Virus record (IMG/VR): IMGVR_UViG_3300037308_000350
Span: 6,895-70,894 of that record
Reading direction: 5' to 3' (one strand)
Source of the DNA: a virus
Length of the DNA: 64,000 nt
Made by a program: the position numbers and the translations under genes. Shown here in pieces: positions 30,361-40,086 of this stretch. Below the pieces are notes generated by a model. It saw only the letters and a program-made list of their open reading frames with translations. It was not told the origin of the DNA and did not search any database. Each line of letters starts with the position of its first letter. Position 1 is the stretch's first letter.

Positions 30361-31084
30361 TTTTAACCTCCAGTTTTTGCAAGATATAAGACCTTAGTTC
30401 ATCTTGGCTGTATTGTGTATTTATTTTTTTAAAGAATTCATCATACGATATTTTAGGAAAAACTTCCATATTACTTATTAAGCTTACATTATATATTTTT
30501 ACATTAGATTCCTTTAAAAAATCTCTAAAATAAAAGGCTGGGTCATTGCGTTCATAAAAATCTACACTCCCTTGTCCTCTATGTTTATCTGAATAAAAAT
30601 GGGTTTGGGAATGAGGTTTATCATCATTTCCTTTAACAGAGTAACCTTGTTTCTTTTCTTCATTAGTTCTTTTTGTCCAATCATAGCCTAATAAATAAAT
30701 TTCCCCAGAATAATCCATAAGAAACAGAGCTAACCCAATGCTCCACATCCCTGTAAGGGTAGGATTATATATTCCTTTACTTAGTTCTTTTCCTTTTTCC
30801 AGTTGAGTATTACCTTTTAAGAGGATTAAGTTTTTTGGTAAAGGAGCAGGAATAGAACTATTATTGGTATCAAGACCAATAATTAAAGGTTCAGAAGCAA
30901 GGGATATTTTATTATCAGTGTAAGTGCAAGGGTCTAAAAAAGACATAAAAGTTCCTTTAAAGTATCTATACCCAAGGTTACAGACAATAGAAAATTTATC
31001 TGAAATAAAGGACTGTAGACCTTTTTCTATTCCTTCTTGAAGGGATTTACCACCGCCTATAATTATTGCTTGCTTAATTTGCAT
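30347..31084 (-). CDS. Maf/GT42/DUF115-like nucleotide-sugar transferase
   Basis: AIIIGGGKSL..IVCN..LTGMWSIGLA..EIYLLGYDW parallels the IIAGNGPSL..CN..TSG..EIYLSGIDF pattern. Confidence 0.5.
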   Translation of the reverse strand: MQIKQAIIIGGGKSLQEGIEKGLQSFISDKFSIVCNLGYRYFKGTFMSFLDPCTYTDNKISLASEPLIIGLDTNNSSIPAPLPKNLILLKGNTQLEKGKELSKGIYNPTLTGMWSIGLALFLMDYSGEIYLLGYDWTKRTNEEKKQGYSVKGNDDKPHSQTHFYSDKHRGQGSVDFYERNDPAFYFRDFLKESNVKIYNVSLISNMEVFPKISYDEFFKKINTQYSQDELRSYILQKLEVKNGNY

Positions 31085-31223
31085 AGGACAATTTTGTATA
31101 CCTTTTTAAATTCATCTAAGGACATAAATCCATCATTTATTGATTTAATAATACAATCCGCTACTGTTTTAACTGTTCCACGAATATGATTTTTCTGTCT
31201 ATTTCTATGGCTCATAGTTCTCC

Positions 31224-31979
31224 TTATGAAAAGCCTACGCCTTCCCCATATTTAATCCAGCGCTTCATATTATACTTTTTAAGAAGTTTCTCTTGGAATT
31301 CACTATAGGCTCTACCACGATATTTATTATATTCTGTATTTCTATCATTGATGTAATCTACCGCTATATAATAAGTAAAAAACACTTGATAATTAGTTTC
31401 TTTTTTGAGCCTCCAGAACCAATCTTCGTGTTCGCAGAGTTTTAATTCATCATCCCATTTATTTTTTATTAATACTTCTGTTTTGACTAAGAAGAAATTT
31501 CTACATATATCACACTTCTTATATTTAATTCCATTTTCTTCTAAGGTATCATTGGCTAAATTGACAACAAAAGCATTATCTAAGGCTAAATTAAACTCCC
31601 ATTTAACCCTATTGTTAATATCAAAGCCCACAAGACCTCTTTCTGGTTGCGCAGATAAAAACTCAATTATCTTAGGAAGCTTATCAAATAAGGTTTTATT
31701 TAATATAATGCTATCTGCGGTTAAGAGGCAATAATCACAGCCTAATCTGGAGGCTTCTTGAGCTAAATAGTTTCTGGCGTAGGATAAACCGCAATCAAAG
31801 GGTAATCCATAATAAAAAGATTGCTCATTAGATACCATATTTATTTTATCTTCAGTTGGATTTTGGTCTCCTACTAAAAGAATATAATCTTTTGTATAGT
31901 TTGAGACAATACTTTGTAGACTTTTAACCATTAAGTCATCTCTCATAAAGGTAGTATAAAGGATAGCTATTTTAGCCAT
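31224..31979 (-). CDS. GT-A glycosyltransferase (GT2/B4GALNT-like)
   Basis: ILLVGDQ, LPFDCGLSYARN, CDICRNFFL, WDDELKLCEHEDWF. Confidence 0.8.
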   Translation of the reverse strand: MAKIAILYTTFMRDDLMVKSLQSIVSNYTKDYILLVGDQNPTEDKINMVSNEQSFYYGLPFDCGLSYARNYLAQEASRLGCDYCLLTADSIILNKTLFDKLPKIIEFLSAQPERGLVGFDINNRVKWEFNLALDNAFVVNLANDTLEENGIKYKKCDICRNFFLVKTEVLIKNKWDDELKLCEHEDWFWRLKKETNYQVFFTYYIAVDYINDRNTEYNKYRGRAYSEFQEKLLKKYNMKRWIKYGEGVGFS

Positions 31980-33759
31980 TTTGCCAATTACCTCCGTAGG
32001 TAGATGTTAAATAAGCTACAACAGGCATAGGAACATTTACTTTGTAGTGCATAAACACCATTACTTCCTTTGTAGCCCTATTTGATTCTACTATTATTTC
32101 TGTATCTTCTAAGTATTTTTCTAATAAAACTTTTACTCTGGAAAGAGTTTCTTCATTTTTTACGCCTATACAAATTTTATTTGATGTAAGTCGTTTAGTT
32201 TTAATTACTTCCAAACAACTTTGGTTTAGAAGCCAGAATTCTATTTTTTCACTAAATAATATTTTTAATTGAGGATTCATTTCTTGAGGAACAAGAGGAG
32301 GATTTTCTTGTAAAAGACTTTGATTAGGATTGTTATATAACTCATTGGCTAAAGAATTTTTAGATGAAACCATATGTTCAAAATAAAGTTCTCTTCCTTC
32401 CCCTATAGTGAAATTCATTCTAAGATTCCAAGCTTTAGCAAATATCTCCCCAGCGTTTTTCCTTAATCTATATTCATTATAATTTTTATTAGTAAAAGTA
32501 TGGTTATGAATGACGGTCATAGAAGGGCAATAGGCAACCCTATATTTTGAGTATTCTTTTATTCTCAGGAACATATCTGTATGTTCATAAGAAACCTTTA
32601 GGTCTACATTCCAGCGTAACTTTTGGTTATTTAACAATATCTTTGTTTTACAGACAACAAAATTAAAAGTTAAATCACAATAATAAAAATCAATGCCTTC
32701 TATAGATTGAGTTTGCGGATGGGTTAATTCTAAAGGAATATAAAGCAAGATACCATAATTATTTAATAATTTTAATAATCGCTCATAATGCAACGTAATT
32801 CCTTTAGTGTTTTTTATAGAACCTCCAACAAAGCCAACATCATTTAATTTTTGTAGTAAAGTTAAGGCGTGATTAATTTTATTATCTTCACTAAAGACAA
32901 AATCATTATCTCCCCACATAAGATAGGGTTCTTTTACTTTATCTACGAGAAAGTTTCTGCAATAAGATAATCCACAATCAAAAGGAAGATAGTAGTATTC
33001 TATATTATTTTTCTCATAAAATTCAATCATTTCTCCAGAGGGAGCATCTTGGTCAGCAACATAAACTTTGATATTGGGATGGTTTTTCTTAATACTCTCA
33101 ATACACTCTTTAGTTGAGTCTTTTCTAAAGAAATTAATGCAAATAAATCCTATTTCATATTCTTTATTGTTTGCAATATAATCTGTTCCAAGGATACCAG
33201 CAGGGTAAAAACCCTTGTAGTCTTGGTCTATATTTGTCTGAGAGTAGGTGTCAAATTTAGGATTAGGTATTTGCCAGTCTTTTCCATAATGAATCTCTAA
33301 TACCTTTTTATACTCTTGCGGAACATTTATTTTTCTACCCAAGAAAGTTATTTGTTTTAGAGGAAAGAATAATTCATATGGAAATTTAGCTCGCCACTCT
33401 AAAAACCAGTATGGTTTATCTTTTGGTTTTTTGTAACTATAAATATAATAATCCTCATTAATTTTTTCCATAAAAAATATGTCTAATTTATAGGGAAAAT
33501 CCTTGATAGCTACCGTTATTTCTTTTCTTCTGATTCCTACATACCTGAGCTCTTGATTTTCTATTATTTCTTTATCAAAAAGTCTTCTTACCTCCCAATA
33601 ATAAGCTTCATCAATCGCAATATCGGTATCTTTTTCATCATTGGGAAGAAAATCTTTTTCTCTTACTGCGCCTAATAAAGTTCCGCACAAAAAGAAATAA
33701 GGAATATCATTCTTATCAAAAAGGTCTAATAACTTGAATAAAAAGTCTTTATGGCTCAT
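31972..33759 (-). CDS. licD: LicD nucleotidyltransferase-fold domain fused to GT-A glycosyltransferase
   Basis: GTLLGAVRE..LPND..DTDIAI and LDIF (LicD); VYVADQD, LPFDCGLSYCRN, WGDNDFVF (GT). Confidence 0.85.
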   Translation of the reverse strand: MSHKDFLFKLLDLFDKNDIPYFFLCGTLLGAVREKDFLPNDEKDTDIAIDEAYYWEVRRLFDKEIIENQELRYVGIRRKEITVAIKDFPYKLDIFFMEKINEDYYIYSYKKPKDKPYWFLEWRAKFPYELFFPLKQITFLGRKINVPQEYKKVLEIHYGKDWQIPNPKFDTYSQTNIDQDYKGFYPAGILGTDYIANNKEYEIGFICINFFRKDSTKECIESIKKNHPNIKVYVADQDAPSGEMIEFYEKNNIEYYYLPFDCGLSYCRNFLVDKVKEPYLMWGDNDFVFSEDNKINHALTLLQKLNDVGFVGGSIKNTKGITLHYERLLKLLNNYGILLYIPLELTHPQTQSIEGIDFYYCDLTFNFVVCKTKILLNNQKLRWNVDLKVSYEHTDMFLRIKEYSKYRVAYCPSMTVIHNHTFTNKNYNEYRLRKNAGEIFAKAWNLRMNFTIGEGRELYFEHMVSSKNSLANELYNNPNQSLLQENPPLVPQEMNPQLKILFSEKIEFWLLNQSCLEVIKTKRLTSNKICIGVKNEETLSRVKVLLEKYLEDTEIIVESNRATKEVMVFMHYKVNVPMPVVAYLTSTYGGNWQNG

Positions 33760-35063
33760 TATACATCCTCCAAACCTTCTTTGATATAGACGATATGCCC
33801 TGTGAAATCCACATCACAGTAACGAGTAATTATTTCTGCTATCTTATTGGGAGACATCATTTTAGATGAATCTTGATTCGGATTAATATGCTGTTGAAGC
33901 TTTGTATTTACTTTAGCTGGACAAATAACATTTACTTTTATTCCGTGATTTTTAAAGAGAGTAGGAGAATAGGCTTCTACGAAAGAATTTAAGGCGCTCT
34001 TTGAAGCAGAGTAAAGGCTAATGCCAGTTCTTCCATAAGAAGCTGAAGCAGAACCCACAATAACAATATTTCCATTATCATTTAACATAAAAGGCGCTAA
34101 AGTGAGAAAATAAATTATACTCCTAAAGTTTGTATTCATAATATTACAATAATTCTTCAAGATTCCTTCATCATCCCTTGCGTATGTTCCACCACAAAGA
34201 ATAATGCAATCGTATTTATGTTTTGGACAAACAATTGGAGGATTATAATTATTATATCCAAGCTTTTCTAAATTAAGAGAAGTGCGTGAAGGAGCAAATA
34301 CCGTTGCTTTTCCGTTTTCTAAAAGGATTTTTATCTCACTACCTATTCCACCCGAAGCGCCTGTTAATAGAATTCTTTTTCCTATTAGTTTTGGAGTTCT
34401 TTTGACCGCTTCTTTATACTTGATTAATTGTTCCGCATTAAATAAATCCTTTGGGTAGGTAATCTTTATATTGGGATTGATTAAATCAATTGTTTTGGTG
34501 TTAGTAATCAAGTCCGATATTGCGGTAACTCGCCTATCTGATTTAAAATACTTATTGCACAGAAGTTTATAATTGAACCCTTCTGGAGTTTGGCATAGTC
34601 TATATTCTTCTCTATTAAGTGGCTTCTTAACTATGCCCTTTGAATCAATTTGAACTAAAGCGTCTGTTATGGTTTGGGTAGTGCACACTGATTTATGACC
34701 ATTTTTTAACTCTTTTAATATAAGCTTAATAGTCTCAGGAGTCAAAAAAGGTCTCACAGAATCAAAGAATAAAACATACTTGGTATCAGAAGGGCACTCT
34801 TTTAGTCCATTGATAACCGATTGTTTTCTATTAATACCACCTTTAACCATCTTGAATTGACCTTTAACTTTCTCTCTTACTTGTTTCATTATTTTAGGAT
34901 TAGTAACAATAATAATTAAATCTAATTCTTTGGAGGCAATAATGGAGTCTAAAACATACTGAATAACAGGCTTACCATTTAAACTCATTAATTGCTTAGA
35001 TATTTTACTTCCAAATCTTTTTCCTTCACCACCAGCTAATATAATACCAACTGCTTTATTCAT
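33759..35063 (-). CDS. bifunctional IspD/TarI cytidylyltransferase plus SDR reductase (Bcs1-like CDP-alditol synthase)
   Basis: LAGGEGKRFG, GG.NRKQSV..GL, DSVRPF, QTPEGF, NIKITYPKDL; then TGASGGIG and YSASK. Confidence 0.88.
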   Translation of the reverse strand: MNKAVGIILAGGEGKRFGSKISKQLMSLNGKPVIQYVLDSIIASKELDLIIIVTNPKIMKQVREKVKGQFKMVKGGINRKQSVINGLKECPSDTKYVLFFDSVRPFLTPETIKLILKELKNGHKSVCTTQTITDALVQIDSKGIVKKPLNREEYRLCQTPEGFNYKLLCNKYFKSDRRVTAISDLITNTKTIDLINPNIKITYPKDLFNAEQLIKYKEAVKRTPKLIGKRILLTGASGGIGSEIKILLENGKATVFAPSRTSLNLEKLGYNNYNPPIVCPKHKYDCIILCGGTYARDDEGILKNYCNIMNTNFRSIIYFLTLAPFMLNDNGNIVIVGSASASYGRTGISLYSASKSALNSFVEAYSPTLFKNHGIKVNVICPAKVNTKLQQHINPNQDSSKMMSPNKIAEIITRYCDVDFTGHIVYIKEGLEDV

Positions 35064-35305
35064 TATAGTTTCCTCAATAGTAATATAGCGCTATAGATTG
35101 TAGTGGGATAAAATATTGGAGCTCCCTTCGCATCAGTCATAGGATTTCCATTGTAAGAGTATTGAACCCAATCTACTCTTGTGCTATATTGTAAATCAAC
35201 TATTATATTAGACTCTCCAATCAATTGAATATCTGCCTCAAGGAGTTTAAAGTCAGCGTTTTCAAGTATCTTTACCTCATTTATATCTTGGTCTCTAAAT
35301 TTCAT
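35063..35305 (-). CDS. hypothetical protein
   Basis: ORF with GGAGG RBS. Confidence 0.6.
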   Translation of the reverse strand: MKFRDQDINEVKILENADFKLLEADIQLIGESNIIVDLQYSTRVDWVQYSYNGNPMTDAKGAPIFYPTTIYSAILLLRKL

Positions 35306-35306
35306 A

Positions 35307-35435
35307 TTACCTCCAAAAGATAAGAGCGTTAACGATTACAAGCAAGAACCCTATAAGCTTGGTTTTAAAATCTACAGCCTGAAAAGAAACTCCTAAATAT
35401 CCCACCAACATCATCCAATAAAATAATTTATACAT
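35307..35435 (-). CDS. 42-aa two-TM membrane peptide not in ORF track (MYKLFYWMMLVGYLGVSFQAVDFKTKLIGFLLVIVNALIFWR)
   Basis: Hand-translated; GGAG RBS, fills the gap exactly. Confidence 0.6.
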   Translation of the reverse strand: MYKLFYWMMLVGYLGVSFQAVDFKTKLIGFLLVIVNALIFWR

Positions 35436-36612
35436 TCTTGGACTCCTTTTTAGGTATAATAGCTCCCATAAAGTATTTATTAAAATTAATATCTTTCTGA
35501 AGGTTGTTTACTATTTTAGCGCTATTCTTAATATGTTTTTCATACTCATAAACGTAATGAACAAAGTTCTTAAACATCATAGTTCTATCAAGAATAACAA
35601 ATGCCATATGTTTAATACTATCCATTTTTAATCTTTCAGCACTAATAAATTTCTTTATAGCTTGAGAGATTTCTTGTTCAGTAAAAGGTCTGGTTAATTC
35701 ATTTTTGATAAGCTCATTAGCTTTTCCTATCTTATGAGCATCTAAGCCTAAATTTACAGTCCACTGAAAAGCTCCTTCCCTATATTCTCCAACATTGAAT
35801 CCAATTCCATAAACTAAACCGTGTTTTTCTCTAATTACTGAGAATAGTCTCCCAGACATATCATTTAGGATTTCTTCCATAAGGCATAACCCAAAGAATA
35901 TTTCCAGTGAAGAATACTTTGTGTTATAGAAGTAATTAGATAACCTCATATTAGCCTGTTGAACATCCTTTTTAATATAAGAGTGAATAACACTACTTTT
36001 AGGAAGTTCTGGAGAAGGAGAAGTTATTCTAATTGGGTCTCCAGTAACACTGTTCTTTCCATCTTTTCCTACATAGAGGTCAACAATTTGGTTATAGTGT
36101 TCATTCCTGAACCATTTAATCTTTGCGCTTGTGATGTCTTTAAGCGTCTCTTTTGTTCCCACTATGGGAAGATAAAGTCCTGATTCTTTATGGAAGATAA
36201 TCTGATTCATTACATCTTCAATAGCTGTATGAGGGTTATCTTCATACATCTTAAGTTCTTGAAGGATTACATTTTTTTCTTTAGCTACATCCTCTTCACT
36301 TATTTTTGAGTTAACAACCATATCGTAAAGAAGGTCTTTAGCTAATTTTTTATACTTGTTATCTATATGAATCCAATAAACCGTTCCCTCATAAGAAGTA
36401 AAAGCGTTAAAGTTACCACCCAGATTCTCAATTTCCTTCGCTATGTCTTGGCTGGTAGGTCTTGTAGGAGTGCCCTTAAAACACATATGCTCAAGGAAAT
36501 GAGATATTCCTTTATAGGAATTGTTTTCATCCCTTGAACCTACAGGAATCATTAAGGCTTGATAACAACTATTACCTTCTTTATGAATTGATATTTTTTG
36601 GATGTTTGCCAT
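35428..36612 (-). CDS. M16 (insulinase-like) zinc peptidase
   Basis: VGSRDE..GISHFLEHMCFKGT, NAFTS, EK.VILQELKMYEDNP. Confidence 0.92.
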   Translation of the reverse strand: MANIQKISIHKEGNSCYQALMIPVGSRDENNSYKGISHFLEHMCFKGTPTRPTSQDIAKEIENLGGNFNAFTSYEGTVYWIHIDNKYKKLAKDLLYDMVVNSKISEEDVAKEKNVILQELKMYEDNPHTAIEDVMNQIIFHKESGLYLPIVGTKETLKDITSAKIKWFRNEHYNQIVDLYVGKDGKNSVTGDPIRITSPSPELPKSSVIHSYIKKDVQQANMRLSNYFYNTKYSSLEIFFGLCLMEEILNDMSGRLFSVIREKHGLVYGIGFNVGEYREGAFQWTVNLGLDAHKIGKANELIKNELTRPFTEQEISQAIKKFISAERLKMDSIKHMAFVILDRTMMFKNFVHYVYEYEKHIKNSAKIVNNLQKDINFNKYFMGAIIPKKESKNV

Positions 36613-36743
36613 TTGAGTCCTCCATTTGAAAAAGGATATAATACACCTTTTTAATATTCTTCCAATTAAACCTTTTGCATAGAATACCCACTATAAATAA
36701 TGGTATTCCTATATAACCAGCTAAGAGCCCTATAAGTATTGCT

Positions 36744-37280
36744 TTAAGATATAGATTCATTTTTACTCCATCGGATATATTTACTCATAATCTCATTTAT
36801 TGTTACAGGTTTAAAATCCCAGACATCTACACCTATATTAATACAATCTACTATATGGTTATCCCTACGGATTCTTTTAAATCTCCAGAGATTGTGAACG
36901 TGCCCTACAAAATTTATGTCATATCTTAAATCAATAAATTCAGGGTTATGAACTAAATTAATCTTTCTTCCACCATAGGCTATTCCTATTTTTTGGATGA
37001 TGGATTTATTACCATTGTTTTTATCGTGATTACCCTGAACAAATATTATTTGACCTTTAAGCTGACTTTTATAATGCTCAAAAAGCTTCCCTTCAGGAGC
37101 TTCTGAACTCTTTCTAAAACAGAAATCCCCAAGAAAGAAAATTGTATCTTCCTCTTTAATTTTAGAGTTCCAATTTTTAATAATGGTTGAATCCATTTCT
37201 TTAAGGCTCTTGAAAGGTCTATTGCAATACCTTATTATATTTTCGTGTCCAAAGTGAGTGTCTGAGGTAAAATAAATCAT
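36744..37280 (-). CDS. calcineurin-like metallophosphoesterase
   Basis: TSDTHFGH, LGDF, GNHD, GHVH. Confidence 0.92.
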   Translation of the reverse strand: MIYFTSDTHFGHENIIRYCNRPFKSLKEMDSTIIKNWNSKIKEEDTIFFLGDFCFRKSSEAPEGKLFEHYKSQLKGQIIFVQGNHDKNNGNKSIIQKIGIAYGGRKINLVHNPEFIDLRYDINFVGHVHNLWRFKRIRRDNHIVDCINIGVDVWDFKPVTINEIMSKYIRWSKNESIS

Positions 37281-37690
37281 AGAATCTCCCTATAAAATAC
37301 TTTATTATCTACTCTTTGCCTCTCCAGAAAACCGTGTTTTACCAGCAATCTTTTATATGTATTTTGAAAATGTCTACCGTGAGCTCTTTTATCAGAAGGA
37401 TATTTTTTATCCGTTAATATATGGCTTATTTCGTGAAGAAGAAGATAATTAGCTACTCTCTCTATATCTTTACTTCCATTGGGAAACCATTTCATACAAG
37501 CGTATTCTGTGTAGCCTTCTTTACATTCTGAAGCATAGCCTTTGAGTCCAAATACCATTACCTTTGTCTTATCCCAGACATAGCAGGTATTTATTCTTTT
37601 AAAGTAAAAAGTGTATTCTTTTAGCACAGGGTATTGCCTCTTATACTTATTCCAGATAGCCTTAATTTCTTTTTTCGTTAGTAATCTCAT
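37277..37690 (-). CDS. SprT-like HExxH metalloprotease
   Basis: LLHEISH...AHGRHF. Confidence 0.7.
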   Translation of the reverse strand: MRLLTKKEIKAIWNKYKRQYPVLKEYTFYFKRINTCYVWDKTKVMVFGLKGYASECKEGYTEYACMKWFPNGSKDIERVANYLLLHEISHILTDKKYPSDKRAHGRHFQNTYKRLLVKHGFLERQRVDNKVFYREIL

Positions 37691-38906
37691 TTGTTATTCC
37701 TATCTTGTTGATTAATGGTAAACACAAGAAGCTCGTTAGCGCAGATATTACAATTAAGGTTTGAAGCCCACATAAAGGTAATAAAGCGCCTCCAGTCCAC
37801 CCAGAAACATTGCCAGCTAAATTACTAACAGAACATAAAAACGCAAATGAAGTTGACTCTAATCCTATAATACATTGTCTTGCCATCCAGTCCATTACAA
37901 GAAGATGTATAAACATACTAACTGAGCTAAATACTATTCCATATACTATGTCTGAAGTTGGAGTAAAATATAAATAAAGAAGCGTAGTAAATGCTCCTAA
38001 GAACACAGACCACTTAAGCCATTGAATAGGATTCTTTATTTTCTTGCTAAATTTAAAATATAAGAAAGCTCCTCCAATTGAAATAATGGAATTAATTACT
38101 CCAAGAATTCCTATAAACATCTTGCTCCAGTGAAATACATCTCTTTCAATATACCAGAGAGGAGTTCCAAAAGAAGGATTAAATTTATATAGGAATAAAA
38201 ATAAACAAGCTACCAAGAAGGCTTTATTTTTAAATAACTTCTTGTAATCTATTTTTTTAGTTTTTAGATTACTACAATTATGGACAGGGTAAGTGCAATA
38301 TTGAACTCCTTCACACTCTACACAATTGCCTTTTCTTTTTTGTTCCTTATATTTTGATGTAAAGAATATTCCAATCAGGTAAAAAGGAATTAATAACAGG
38401 AATCCTATTTGGTAAGAAATATTCTTTTCAGCCAAATATGAGCCTATAAAACCGCTTATGATTCCAGCTACCGTAACAGATACCCATTGAACCGATTGAA
38501 TCTTTCCACAAATATCATATTTCTGACCCTCTACTACCATAATACCATCTACGGAAACATCCCTAAAGGCTGTATTCCAATTGCTAAACATCAAAGCTGT
38601 AATCAATAAGCCAAAAGGAAGTGTAAATAACCCTATAAATAGCGCAAATAAGAGGTCTATGGCTATTGCTAAAAGTATCCAAGTCTTACGAGTCCATTTT
38701 GAGTTGTCTATTATGATTCCGATGAGAGGTTTTACTACCCAAGCGAGAGAAATAAAAGAACTCATAAACATCAATGCTGAGGGAGTGAAATGCAGGGTTT
38801 CTTTTAGGTAATAAGAAAGCGGTGTTCCAGCTATTCCTCCAATACCTTGCAGGAAATAGACAGAACTATTTAGAGCGTAAATCAGGAAAAGATTTTTGTT
38901 TGTCAT
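37662..38906 (-). CDS. MFS transporter, BT1/folate-biopterin transporter-like
   Basis: About 12 TM segments; YFLQG, W.VKPLIG..D, AFRDVSVDG..V, QSVQW. Confidence 0.75.
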   Translation of the reverse strand: MTNKNLFLIYALNSSVYFLQGIGGIAGTPLSYYLKETLHFTPSALMFMSSFISLAWVVKPLIGIIIDNSKWTRKTWILLAIAIDLLFALFIGLFTLPFGLLITALMFSNWNTAFRDVSVDGIMVVEGQKYDICGKIQSVQWVSVTVAGIISGFIGSYLAEKNISYQIGFLLLIPFYLIGIFFTSKYKEQKRKGNCVECEGVQYCTYPVHNCSNLKTKKIDYKKLFKNKAFLVACLFLFLYKFNPSFGTPLWYIERDVFHWSKMFIGILGVINSIISIGGAFLYFKFSKKIKNPIQWLKWSVFLGAFTTLLYLYFTPTSDIVYGIVFSSVSMFIHLLVMDWMARQCIIGLESTSFAFLCSVSNLAGNVSGWTGGALLPLCGLQTLIVISALTSFLCLPLINKIGITNEITNEKRN

Positions 38907-39381
38907 TTAGTTTTATAATTTTAGCGAAACCTTCACTCTTTGTTGGTTTTTCATACATAGCATCAAACTTCTTCCATACAGATTCCCATAGTTTTCTATC
39001 AGGTTGTCCGTGAGGGTCTTTTAGTCTTCTATTAACAGATTTTTTCATTGAATATCTTGGCATCTCTATTACTGTAATTGAATAATTCCATTTTCTCGCC
39101 AAGAAGGAATATCTGGCTCGCATTGATTTAGTTATTCCAACTTCGTCTACTAATATATTTTGTCCTAAGAACATAAAATTATCAATTATATTTAATTCTG
39201 AATCCCAGATAGCTTTTTCTATTTTAGGCTCAAATCTATACTTTCCAGCTCCTATCATATATCTTAAGGAGTCTCTGGAGATAATGACGTGAGAGAAACC
39301 TTTAGAGATAAGCTTCTTACAGAAGGTAGATTTACCTGAGCCTATGTTTCCTATAAGTAAAACAAGTTCTGGTTTATTCAT
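38866..39381 (-). CDS. P-loop kinase, polynucleotide-kinase-like (AAA_33)
   Basis: LIGNIGSGKST, ISRDSLR, ILVD. Confidence 0.85.
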   Translation of the reverse strand: MNKPELVLLIGNIGSGKSTFCKKLISKGFSHVIISRDSLRYMIGAGKYRFEPKIEKAIWDSELNIIDNFMFLGQNILVDEVGITKSMRARYSFLARKWNYSITVIEMPRYSMKKSVNRRLKDPHGQPDRKLWESVWKKFDAMYEKPTKSEGFAKIIKLNDKQKSFPDLRSK

Positions 39382-39853
39382 TTGTTATTTTCCTTTCCCC
39401 GAAGAGATGTATCCTTCTCATATATCCAAGTAAAGCAGATGAGTTTCTAAAATATACTTTTTTCTTCCACCAATCAAGCTTAGATAAATCATCGTGAAGT
39501 AACTTCGGAGACTTCCTAATAACTACTGAATAGTTTTGAATTTCAATAAGTCCATATTTAGGATTAAGGGCTTCTATTACTTTCTTGGCTTCTTCTACTA
39601 AATCTGTTGGAACAGCTATTGAAAAGTAATTAGGATAAATAATAGTCCAATGTAGATGTTTTTCTTTTTTAGTCTCTAAATTACATAAATCCGATTTAGC
39701 GCATTTAACTTCAACTTCGTGAGTATATCCTTTAGGTGTCAATACCAAAACATCTGCCAAATAGCCAGCGTAGCTTACTTCATCAGCGCATAACATTTGG
39801 CGAGTGAATCTAAAATATTCCATTAAAAGTGTTTTAATATAGTAAGCGTTCAT
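39374..39853 (-). CDS. PD-(D/E)xK nuclease (MmcB-like)
   Basis: ADVL..EVEVK..KSDL..NYFSIAVP. Confidence 0.65.
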   Translation of the reverse strand: MNAYYIKTLLMEYFRFTRQMLCADEVSYAGYLADVLVLTPKGYTHEVEVKCAKSDLCNLETKKEKHLHWTIIYPNYFSIAVPTDLVEEAKKVIEALNPKYGLIEIQNYSVVIRKSPKLLHDDLSKLDWWKKKVYFRNSSALLGYMRRIHLFGERKITNE

Positions 39854-40086
39854 TAGCCTATGTTATCAGAATCAATTGCTTGTTTGCCAAATATAATTAT
39901 TGAATGATTTTCTGTATAAATTCCTGTTCCATTACAAACTTTACACTTATTAACACACTTCTTTGGTTTCGTAAAGGCTTTGCAGGTATCACAAGCTACT
40001 CCACGATTACATATTGATTTTGGGTCTATTCCTGAACCATCACAAACCCAACATTGCTGTTTAAATTTCTTATGAATAATCTTCAT
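39853..40086 (-). CDS. DnaJ-type CxxCxGxG zinc-finger protein
   Basis: CWVCDGSG and CKVCNGTG. Confidence 0.65.
   Translation of the reverse strand: MKIIHKKFKQQCWVCDGSGIDPKSICNRGVACDTCKAFTKPKKCVNKCKVCNGTGIYTENHSIIIFGKQAIDSDNIG

Noticed and set aside
33759-35063. Ordinary MEP-pathway ispD auxiliary gene
   Set aside because: It is fused to an SDR and followed by LicD and GT genes, with no ispE or ispF, which fits CDP-alditol synthesis better.
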